From Ranitomeya imitator (lineage: Eukaryota), in NCBI RefSeq assembly GCF_032444005.1, contig NC_091283.1, positions 29,326,001-29,390,000 on the forward strand: a stretch of 64,000 nt of DNA, in the 5' to 3' direction. Made by a program: the position numbers and the translations under genes. The notes under the pieces are model-generated. The model was given only the letters and a program-made list of their open reading frames with translations. It was not told the DNA's origin and ran no database searches. Of this stretch, positions 1 through 10,626 are shown piece by piece; the first letter of the stretch is position 1; the number at the start of each line of letters is the position of its first letter.

Positions 1-1120
1 AGGGCAATCCTACATGCTTGTACAACCTCTCAATATTCTTGACTGCCTTCTTCCCCTCCCGTGACTCTACTATTGACTTGACTTCCACAGCATCCTCACT
101 TAACTCGTGGGGCACGGACTTCTTCTGCTATAAGAGACGCAACATGACTCACAGAATACTACGCCCTTCTGCAGCAGGCCGCTGACAGCGACGACAACAC
201 TTGTGTCCTAACACGGAGCCTCGTGCTCGACGTGTTATGAATAAAGAGCATCGCGCTCAATATTTTTCCCTAACCTGAACACCAGTGATTACAGTCTGCC
301 CTGTCACGATATTCTAAACGTTGGGAGGCTGTCTCCTAGTGAGACCCCTCCACTGTGTTTCTGGTGGTCCCCCTCTTGGGACGTCTTAATTACCGATATG
401 TGCAAGTGTGTGCAAGTGTTTCTGGTGGTCCCCCTCTTGGGACGTCTTAATTACCGATGTATGTGCGTGCAATATCACAGAGGCTACGTCTCCTATCCCT
501 TCCTCTAAGCCGCCCCCAATCCACAAACTTCTCAATCTTTCACTCTATCACTACTAGGCAACAGTCACGGGTAGGGTGGTTGAATGGAGTACAATGACCG
601 GTGGAGGAGGCGTGGTGTACACGAGGACACGCAGAGTGCGACGTCTCTCAGTTGCTGGTTCGAAGCGTGGCACGGGATCGCGCTCGGTCTCACCACTCGA
701 CCGGTCACTCCCCAGACCCAAGGAGACCACAGACTAACCAATAACGGCTGAAACACTAGCAAGTGTGACACATACATAGTATGTGATCTCCACTTACCAT
801 GTTTGGAGGGTGATTAGTCCTCGAGGTCAGCCACTACGGGTGTCGTCCACGGACGTCCAGGCATGGGTCCAGGGGGTCTCGGATCGCCGGCCACGCCCCA
901 CGTTGGTTGCGCCAAATTGTCGGGGTCGTCACGACAATACCCTTCCTTCACCAGTCATTCCAAATCAGATTAAAAGCAGTGGTACCGGAGTGAAGAATGA
1001 GTCAGACAAAAGCTGGTTCAAACTCAGTGCCTGCTTGTATGTCTACATAGTGTAGCAACGTCTCAGCAACTAACTTTATTTCCTGATACACAACATTATA
1101 TGGTCTATTGGGGGAAGGTG
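1..1120 (-). mobile_element. Endogenous retrovirus 5' portion (part of 5' LTR, PBS, leader, decayed gag start), continuing left out of the window
   Basis: On -, an LTR-like end ...GACCCCGACA (918) is followed by ATT and TGGCGCAACCAACGTGGGGC (914-895), resembling the tRNA-Lys PBS TGGCGCCCAACGTGGGGC. CCAAT, TATAAT and AATAAA (1080-1075) lie upstream on -. There is a 43-bp direct repeat (355-397/416-458). A gag-like frame (...EESVPHELSEDAVEVKSIVESREGKKAVKNIERLYKHVGLP) runs off the window start. The LTR 5' boundary was not found. Confidence 0.5.
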
Positions 1121-1548
1121 TGCAGAGGGCAGGGTTAGGCGGGGGTTAAGCAATGTATCTAGTATTCAGTCCCTCTGGTTGGTCTGACATCATATGATGA
1201 ATCTTCCTTTGTCCACATCTTGTCCACATCGCTTTAAGTATCATTTCAGGAGAAATGATACTTGTCCTTCTGGAATGTGTTACTTGCTTCTTCAGCAGAG
1301 TGAATCTGGAGCAAAGGTGAATACTGGCAGCCATCTTAAATACAGTCAAATTTGCATTAGCAAGCATAAACGGAAAAACTTATTGTTTCACAGCATAAGA
1401 ATATATAAAAGTACAAAAGAGTATAAAGATATATATTTTCACCTTGACACTGTCAGCCACTGTAAGCGCGAGCTTCTAATTGCAGCAGGTAAAAAGTACG
1501 GATATCTCCAGAACTGTGCGTCCCAACTAGGACAAATTTGGTCTTAAT

Positions 1549-2090
1549 TGAAAGGCAATTTTAAAATAAGAGGAATGCTGGGTGTGTTATGATTCTGACA
1601 TGTTCGGGAACGAAAATGCAAGAATTATAAGAATTGTTGGAGAAAACTGTACAGCTGAGGAAAGAGGAGGGGGACGTTAACTCAACCCCTGTAGTGATGT
1701 CACGAGGCTGCAGTTTTTAAGTCCCTACACTTAACCCAGCCTAGAGTCTTACCTGAGGAGCTGTTCCTATCCAGACCTCCTGATGCACTGGGACATTTGG
1801 GGTTCTGCCTGCCAGCATGGTTTGCCTGCAATGACCTGAACACATGTAAGTGTTAACTTCTCATTTAACCCCTGTTATTTTATAATTACCTTGTACATAT
1901 TTTCAATTGTCTCTTTTGTAACATCCTTGTAATATTTTTTATAAACACTGCCTTAATCTTTCATGGAGTAAAATATTTAAAATACTAGATTCGTTATCCT
2001 GCTCTAAAACGTACCCTAAGTCTTCTGAAGGGAATTACGCTACTGTTTTGGGTTAGCTTCGGACCCGTTAATTGAAACTGGTGGCAGCAT
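1549..2090 (+). mobile_element. Possible LTR remnant followed by a PBS-like TGGTGGCAGC
   Basis: Starts TGAAAGG and is followed by TGGTGGCAGC at about 2079-2088, a motif often seen just after Gypsy LTRs. No partner LTR was found and the boundaries are approximate. Confidence 0.3.
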
Positions 2091-2541
2091 ACCTTGTTCT
2101 GTGCCTTTGGGGAGTTGTTGTAGCGACGGCGGTATTGATAATTATTGTTCCTGCCTGAGTGGGAGTAGTTATATCGCCTCGCTGCAGCGTACCCAATAGC
2201 CAGTACATAGCAGGCAGCCTTTCTGGCAACTAATTACCCTAGGTGCAGTATCTAATCTGACCTGAGGGTAAGGGGGGCGCCAGAGAGCTGCAAGTTTTCA
2301 AGCAGAACTGTAAAGCGGGATATACATAAATCCCTGCAGTTCGTGGTATATTGTAGAGCAGTGGGATAACTAGAATAAGCCCCTGCTGTAAATCGATAGG
2401 TCAATAGCCTGGTGTGTGTTTTCATCACAGTGTAGCAGTGGAGGGATAACTAAGATAAGCCCCCTTGCACATGTGATAGCCGTCTGTTGGCCTAAAGTCA
2501 CCCCGATCCGTGATGTAAGAGTGACAGTCACGGTGTGAATC

Positions 2542-5500
2542 GTGACTTCCTTGGTAGTGCTTTCTGGCATGGGTACCTCCTGCTTAGTAACCGGGTTCCA
2601 GTACCATCAGCTGGTCCTCGGTAGCTCCATTGGCTCTAGTACCTTCGGCTACCCATCCGGGTTCCAGTACCGTCAGCTGGTTCTCGGCAGTGTCTTTGGC
2701 TCTTGTACCTTCTGCTATCCATCCTGGTTCCAGTAGCGTCAGCTGGTTCCAGGCAGAGCCTTTGGCTTAGGTGCCTCCTTCTCGGTATCCGAGTTCCACC
2801 AACGTCTGGTGGTCCTTGGTAGTGCTTTCTGGCACGAGTATCTCCTGCTTAGTAACCAGGTTCCAGTACCATCAGCTGGTCCTCGGTAGTTCCATTGGCT
2901 CTTGTACCTTCGGCTACCCATCTGGGTTCCAGTACCATCAGCTGGTTCTCGGCAGTGTCTTTGGCTCTTGTACCTTCTGTTACCCATCCTGGTTCCAGTA
3001 CCGTCAGCTGGTTCCAGGCAGAGCCTTTGGCTTAGGTGCCTCCTTCTCGGTATCCGAGTTCCACCAACGTCTGGTGGTCCTTGGTAATGCTTTCTGGCAC
3101 GGGTACCTCCTGCTTAGTAACCAGGTTCCAGTACCATCGGCTGGTCCTCGGTAGTTCCATTGGCTCTTGTACCTTCGGATACTCATCCGGGTTCCAGTAC
3201 CGTCAGCTGGTTCTCGGCAGTGTCTTTGGCTCTTGTACCTTCTGCTACCCATCCTGGTTCCAGTACCGTCAGCTGGTTCCAGGCAGAGCCTTTGGCTTAG
3301 GTGCCTCCTTCTCGGTATCCGAGTTCCACCAACGTCTGGTGGTCCTTGGTAATGCTTTCTGGCACGGGTACCTCCTGCTTAGTAACAGGGTTCCAGTACC
3401 ATCAGCTGGTCCTCGGTAGTTCCATTGGCTCTTGTACCTTCGGCTACCCATCCGGGTTCCAGTACCATCAGCTGGTACTCGGCAGGGTCTTTGGCTCTTA
3501 TACCTTCTGCTACCCATCCTGGTTCCACTACCGTCAGCTGGTTCCAGGCAGTGCCTTTGGCTTAGGTGCCTCCTTCTCGGTATCCGAGTTCCACCAACGT
3601 CTGGTGTTCCTTGGTAGTGCTTTCTGGCACGAGTATCTCCTGCTTAGTAACCAGGTTCCAGTACCATCAGCTGGTCCTCGGTAGTTCCATTGGCTCTTGT
3701 ACCTTCGGCTACCCATCTGGGTTCCAGTACCGTCAGCTGGTTCTCGGCAGTGTCTTTGGCTCTTGTACCTTCTGTTACCCATCCTGGTTCCAGTACCATC
3801 AGCTGGTTCCAGGCAGAGCCTTTGGCTTAGGTGCCTCCTTCTCGGTATCCGAGTTCCACCAATGTCTGGTGGTCCTTGGTAATGCTTTCTGGCACGGGTA
3901 CCTCCTGCTTAGTAACCAGGTTCCAGTACCATCAGCTGGTCCTCGGTAGTTCCATTGGCTCTTGTACCTTCGGCTACTCATCCGGGTACCAGTACCGTCA
4001 GCTGGTTCTCGGCAGGGTCTTTGGCTCTTGTACCTTCTGCTACCCATCCTGGTTCCAGTACCATCAGCTGGTTCCAGGCAGAGCCTTTGGCTTAGGTGCC
4101 TCCTTCTCGGTATCCGAGTTCCACCAATGTCTGGTGGTCCTTCGTAGTGCTTTCTGGCACGGGTACTTCCTGCTTAGTAACCGGGTTCCAGTACCACCAT
4201 CAGCTGGTCCTCGGTAGTTCCACTGGCTCTTGTACCTTCGGCTACCCATCCGAGTTCCAGCACCATCAGCTGGTTCTCGGCAGTGTCTTTGGCTCTTGTT
4301 CCTTCTGCTACCCATCCTGGTTCCAGTACCGTCAGCTGATTCCAGGCAGAGCCTTTGGCTTAGGTGCCTCCTTCTCGGTATCCGAGTTCCACCAACGTCC
4401 GGTGGTCCTTGGTAATGCTTTCTGGCTCGGGTACCTCCTGCTTGGTAACCGGGTTCCAGTACCATCAGCTGGTCCTCGGTAGTTCCATTGGCTCTTGTAC
4501 CTTCGGCTACCCATCCGGGTTCCAGTACCGTCAGCTGGTTTTCGGCAGTGTCTTTGACTCTTGTACCTTCTGCTACCCATCCTGGTTCCAGTACCATCAG
4601 CTGGTTCCAGGCAGAGCCTTTGGCTTAGGTGTCTCCTTCTCGGTATCCCAGTTCCACCAACATCTGGTGGTCCTTGGTAGTGCTTTCTGGCACGGGTACC
4701 TCCTTCTTAGTAACCGGGTTCCAGTACCATCAGCTGGTCCTTGGTAGTTCCATTGGCTCTTGTACCTTCGGCTACCCATCCGGGTTCCAGTACCGTCAGC
4801 TGGTTCTCGGCAGTGTCTTTGGCACGGGTACTCCCCCCTGCCCAGCCTGGTTCCAGCACGCCAGCTGTTTCCGGGTAGTGTCAAGGTCATTTTGCCTCCA
4901 ATACGTTGTCCTGTCGGGTTGCGGTCGGTTTAGCCGACTGTATGGTGCCTGCAGTTTAGGTGCTTCCTATGTGGGCTGCGGGATCTGGCAATCAAGGCTG
5001 GTTCCGTAGTGCCAATAGGACAAGCTTCCCCTGTAGGACTGTGGGTTTTCGGTAACTCCGGCCGGCTCGCGGCCTTGCAATTTTTTTTCATGTGGACCTT
5101 CTGCTGCCTATCGGAGTTCCAGCACCATTAGCTGGTTCTTTGGAAGTGAATCTTGAATAGGTCCCCGTGGGTTCCAGTACTGTCAGCTGGTTCCAGGCAG
5201 AGCCTTTGGCTTAGGTGCCTCCTTCTCGGTATCCGAGTTCAACCAATGTCTGGTGGTCTTTGGTAGTGCTTTCTGGCACGGGTACCTCCTGCTTAGTAAC
5301 CGGGTTCCAGTACCATCAGCTGGTTCTCGGTAGTTCCATTGGCTCTTGTACCTTAGGCTACCCATCCGGGTTCCAGTACCGTCAGCTGGTTCTCGGCAGT
5401 GTCTTTGGCTCTTTTACCTTCTGCTACCCATCCTGGTTCCAGTAGCGTCAGCTGGTTCCAGGCAGAGCCTTTGGCTTAGGTGCCTCCTTCTCAGTATCCG

Positions 5501-5665
5501 AGTTCCACCAACGTCTGGTGGTCCTTCGTAGTGCTTTCTGGCACGGGTACCTCCTGCTTAGTAACCGGGTTCCAGTACCATCAGCTGGTCCTCGGTAGTT
5601 CCATTGGCTCTTGTACTTTCGGCTACCCATCCGGGTTCCAGTACCGTCAGCTGGTTCTCGGCAGT
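2542..5665. repeat. 265-bp higher-order tandem repeat (66+66+66+67-bp monomers), about 10-11 units, interrupted at about 4823-5165
   Basis: ORF-track repeats recur every 265 bp. Monomers share the core GGTTCCAGTACCRTCAGCTGGT (degenerate in the fourth) and were counted by hand. Confidence 0.9.
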
Positions 5666-5699
5666 TCCTCAGCCTTCTTGTACCTTCTGCTACATTTCC

Positions 5700-6720
5700 A
5701 ATTTCAAGCTTTTTGAAATGGTTTTTGGTAATCACTCTCGATCTCCCTGACGACGACCCTAAAGAAGATGACCCTGAAGAAGATGACCAAAAGGACAAAG
5801 AACAAGAAGACAACCACCAAGATACAGAAGAACAAGAGACAGAAGACCAAGAAGCAGAAGAACAAGAAGCTGCAGAACAAAAAGCAGAAGAACATTAAGC
5901 ATAAGACTAAAAATCAGAGCAAAAGATATTATCTAAATTATAAGCAGAAGAAGACTAAGCAGTGTATGGGGCTGAGTCCATTCCTCCTCGTGGTGCCCCT
6001 GGAAAAAACCTGCTGCTGCAGGCAAAACTGAAAGCGGCAAATCCTGTTGTAAATCTTTTGTGACAGGCAGAACGGAAGGTGTAATCTTCAAACTTTTGTA
6101 GATAACAACTACAGGAATGCGTGTCACAAATAAGAATATGATGAAGAAGAAGAATATGAAGAAGATGAAGAAGTAGAATATGAAGAAGAATAATAGTTGA
6201 ATAAGAAGAATATGAAGAATGTAAAAAAAAGAATAATAGGAAGAAGGTGAAGAAGAAGAAAATGAATAAGGTGAAGAAAAAGTTGATGAAAAAGATGCTG
6301 CTGCTGAGGATGATGGAGAAAGTGTGGGAGAAGTAAAAAAGAAGGTGAAGAGCATGGAAGTAGTGAAACATAAATATTTGACGAAATATAAAAAAGCTTA
6401 ACATAGTCAATATCTTTGTAACTCCGAACATCTTAAAAAAATAAAATAATTCCTGCTATTCCGTTTGATTGGGCTAAACCTCTATGCCTTTAATGTCTCC
6501 TCCACCTCCCCAATACATGGTACATGATTCTTAGTTGTTTTCCTTCATGTAGAATTAACCTACAAGGAAAGAAAGGGTTTATTTTAATTCCGATATTTGT
6601 GTCCCATTGACTTGCATTGTTTTCCGGTATCGGAATCGGCGATATCCAATATTTTTGCGGTATTGGTTCGATCCAATCTGATCCGATATTTCCCGATATC
6701 GGAAGGTATCGCTCAACATT
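5700..6720. mobile_element. GAA-rich low-complexity interior and right end of a probable non-autonomous hAT-like element
   Basis: GAAGAA-rich tract at 5750-6350, palindromic GATATC/ATCGG-rich subterminal region, terminus ...GTATCGCTCAACATTA (TAG...CTA-type end). The left end is not in view. Confidence 0.4.
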
Positions 6721-6895
6721 ATTCATCATGATGAGCTGTTGGATTGCAAACGGCCCATTTATTTTTTTTCCACAGAGCACTCTTCTGTCTCTGTCCCCTC
6801 CAGGTACTGTTTTGGTAGCACTCACCCATCTTTCACAGAGCACTGATATCACGTTTTATATTTTTTATTATATATACGCACATATTTATGTGAGT

Positions 6896-6898
<3 letters not shown>

Positions 6899-6930
<32 letters not shown>
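6899..6930. repeat. (TA)n microsatellite
   Basis: Pure TA run. Confidence 0.95.
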
Positions 6931-6936
<6 letters not shown>

Positions 6937-7156
6937 TTTTATTGTTTTATAATTTTAGGGTGATTCTCAGTGTATCTGTTTTTTAATACCCTCCAGGTAC
7001 TGGCTGTATGGCGCAGTTTCTTGGGACATGATGCACATCAGTGACATGTGTCGTCATGAGGTGATGACGTGAGGCCTATTTCTGCAGACTGTGAAAATCG
7101 GCCATGGAATGACAGGAGGGAGAGCGGAGTACCCAGCTGGGAGCTACAGCAAGAAG

Positions 7157-8039
7157 ACAGGTGAGAGGCAGGAACAGGGCAGGTGAGTACACAACACAGA
7201 TGAGAGGCAGGAATAGGGCAGGTGAGTACAAGAGAGGTGAGAGGCAGGAATAGGGCAGGTGAGTACACAACACAGATGAGAGGCAGGAATAGGGCAGGTG
7301 AGTACAAGAGAGGTGAGAGGCAGGAATAGGGCAGGTGAGTACAAGACAGGTGAGAAGCCGGAATAGGGCAGGTGAGTACAAGACAAGTGAGACGCAGGAC
7401 TAGGGCAGGGGAGTACAAGACAAGTGAGACACAGGAAAAGGGCAGGTGAGTACAAGAGAAGTGAGAGGCAGGACTAGGGCAGGAGAGTACAAGACAGGTG
7501 AGAGGCAGGAATAGGGCAGGTGAGTACAGGACAGGTGAGAGGCAGAAATAGGGCAGGTGAATACAAGACAAGTGAGACACAGAAATAAGGCAGATGAGTA
7601 CAAGACAGGTGAGAGGCAGGAATAGGGCAGGTAGGTACACAACACAGATGAGAGGAAGGAATAGGGCAGGTCAGTACAAGACAAGTGAGACACAGGAAAA
7701 GGGCAGGTGAGTACAAGACAGGTGAGAGGCAGGAATAGGGCAGGAGAGTACAAGACAAATGAGAGGCAGGAATAGGGCAGGTGAGTAGAAGACAGGTGAG
7801 AGGCAGGAATAGGGCAGGTGAGTACAAGACAAGTGAGACGCAGGAATAGGGCAGGTGAGTACAAGACAAGTGAGACACAGGAATAGGGCAGGTGAGTACA
7901 AGACAGGTGAGAGGCAGGAATAGGGCAGGTGAGTGCAAGATAGGTCAGAGGCAGGAATAGGGCAGGTGAGTACAAGACAGGTCAAAGTCAGGAATAGGGC
8001 AGGTGAGTACAAGGCAGGTGAGAGGCAGGAGTAGGGCAG
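7157..8039 (+). repeat. 37-bp purine-rich satellite, left arm (about 24 units)
   Basis: Unit GGGCAGGTGAGTACAAGACAGGTGAGAGGCAGGAATA. Confidence 0.95.
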
Positions 8040-8824
8040 TGTTGTGAATTCCGCTCTTGGGCTCCCTCCAGTGGCTGTAAGTGGCACTTTTGTGAGTTCT
8101 GCTCTTGGGCTCCCTCCGGTGGTTTTAAGTGGAATGGCTGCTCCTTGGATTTAGCAGTCAGCAGCTGCTTCCAATGATTGTCTATTCTGCTCGGCTATTT
8201 AGCCTGGCTCTTTCCTTCAGCTTGTGCCACTTGTCAATGGTTCCTGGTTGGATTCACATCTCTGCTTGGATTTCCCTGATATCCTGACCAGTTCAGCAAA
8301 GATAAGTCCTTGCTTTGCTCTTTTCTGTCCACATGTCCACATTCTATGTTTTTGTCCAGCTTGTCAGTATGGATTTATTCAGTTAAGCTGGAAGCTCTGG
8401 GAAGCAGATTTACCCTCCACACCTTTAGTCAGGTGTGGAGATTTTTGTAAACTCTGTGTGGATTTTTCTAGTTTTTAATACTGACCGCACAGTATTCTGT
8501 CCTGTCCTATCTATCTAGCTAGCTAGACTGGCCTCCTTTGCTACATCCTGGTTTCATTCTACGTATGTCTTTTCCCTCTCCACTCACAGTCATTATTTGT
8601 GGGGGGCTATCTATTCTTTGGGGATTTTCTCTGAGGCAAGATAGCTTTCCTGTTTCTATCTTTAGGGGTAGTTAGTTCTCAGGCTGTGACGAGGTGTCTA
8701 GGGAGTGACAGGAACATCCCACGGCTACTTCTAGTGTTGTGTTGAGCTTAGGAACTGCAGTCAGACAGGTACCACCTCCTTCAGAGCTCGTCCCATGTTG
8801 CTCCTAAACCACCAGTTCATAACA
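8040..8824 (+). repeat. 5' LTR of element A (785 bp)
   Basis: Matches 29950-30749 apart from a net 15-bp deletion and about 10 substitutions (by eye). Confidence 0.95.
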
Positions 8825-8959
8825 GTACAAGTGGCCAAAAATGAATTAAATGCATCTCAAAAGAAGGAAAAAGAAATTCTGAGCCATTTTTTTTTCTGCA
8901 CTCTGTTTTGTCTTTTTTTTCCTCTTGATCTCTGGGTGGTTCAGGATTTTGGAGCTGGC

Positions 8960-9691
8960 ATGGATGTTCAGGGTTTGTTTTCTCGTGTGGATCAACTTGC
9001 TGCAAGCGTACAGAGTATCCAAGATTATGTTGTCCAGACTCCGGCTTTGGAGCCTAGAATTCCTACTCCTGTTATGTTTTTGGGGACAGATCCAAGTTTT
9101 TGAATTTTAAAAATAACTGCAAATTGTTTTTTGCTTTGAAACCCCGTTCTTCTGGTGATCCAATTCAGCAAGTTAAAATCATCATATCCTTGCTGCGTGG
9201 TGACCCTCAGGACTGGGCATTCTCCCTTGAATCAGGGGATCCGGCATTGCTGAATGTAGACGCATTTTTTCAAGCGCTCGGATTATTGTATGACGAACCT
9301 AATTCTGTGGATCATGCAGAAAAAACCCTGTTGGCCCTGTGTCAAGGTCAGGAAGCGGCAGAATTATACTGCCAGAAATTTAGAAAATGGTCTGTGCTCA
9401 CTAAATGGAATGAGGATGCTCTGGCTGCAATTTTCAGAAAAGGTCTTTCAGAAGCCCTTAAAGATGTTATGGTGGGCTTCCCTACGCCTGCTGGTTTGAG
9501 CGAATCTATGTCTCTAGCCATTCAGATTGATCGGCGTCTGCGCGAGTGCAAAGCTGTGCACCATATGGCAGTGTCCTCTGAGCAGAGTCCTGAGCCTATG
9601 CAATGTGATAGGATTTTGACTAGAACAGAACGGCAGGAATTCAGACGTCAGAAGAGGCTGTGTTTTTACTGTGGTGATTCTGCTCATGTTA
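8960..9691 (+). pseudogene. gag: Element A gag (frameshifted near 9080), with its zinc knuckle split by element B
   Basis: MDVQGLFSR...NFKNNCKLFF...CFYCGDSAHV, continuing as ISEC after 15917. Confidence 0.85.
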
Positions 9692-10626
9692 TGTAACAAT
9701 ATATAGGTACTAAGGAATCTGATAGCGTGGGATAAAACCAGTCTGAGAGCAAAGCTGCAGTAAAAGATGTATTTAAACAAAACAGAAAAGCTAACACAGA
9801 TATTCCTGCAATTGAAACGAGGTGCTCAGCACAATATGGTAAACAGAAAAGCAAACAGAACTAACACAGATATTCCTGCAATTGTAACGACGTGCTCAGC
9901 ACAATATGGTAATCACCGCACAGTGAATAGCGGGACGCGACCGTTTATATGAACCAGTCCAGCAAGGATGTGACGAGGGAGCAAACAAGACACTTGACAA
10001 GGAAGTCCAGTAGATTATTAGTGGAAATGCACTCAGAACTTAAACTTGAGGATCCAGCAGAAGTGAAGTAGAAATGCACACAGTACTTAATGAGGAAGTC
10101 CAGCAAAACTTGATCCCACGTGCGCACAGCACTAGTTTGTGGAAGTTCAATAATAAGCAGGTGGTGCATTGAGCATGAAGTCCTGGTGAAAGAGGATTAA
10201 GGGAAAAAGAGGGAGAACGCTATCTAAGCGTAGTAGGTGAGTACAACACTCTTGGTGAGATAAGCAACACTGGAAACTTGCTCACCTGGTGTGGTTGTGC
10301 AAAGAGGCACAACACTGGGAAAGTCTTAGCAAACAAGGGAAATCCTTCCAAAGGTGTGCGGCCAGTCAACAGCAGTAACAGAAGTGAGACACAGCTCAAA
10401 GAGACGAGGCAGCTGAAGCAGGGAGTTCCCCAGACCACAGGCAGAAGCTCAGGAGCCACCAGCACAAAATACTGAAGCACAGAACACCACATGGCTCAGA
10501 CTTAAATAATCAAGACTGACAGGAAGTTCCATGACAGGGTGAGATCCAAGACTCCATCTTGGATCAGGGCGAACAGGAACAAGGGAAGTCCGGAATCCTT
10601 ACATTACTCCCACCTCAGAAGCGGCC

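Noticed and set aside
2542-5813. Many 61-177 aa ORFs on both strands; CRISPR-like periodicity
   Set aside because: They are translations of the 265-bp tandem repeat. There are no unique spacers and the context is eukaryotic.
5611-6431. Acidic, lysine-rich and phenylalanine-rich ORFs
   Set aside because: Low-complexity GAA tract within a repeat element.
7110-7160. Possible PSMB9 exon 1 (MTGG...KKTG)
   Set aside because: The donor is phase 1, while PSMB9 exon 1 ends in phase 0, and no TTIMAVEF-type exon 2 was found in the window.
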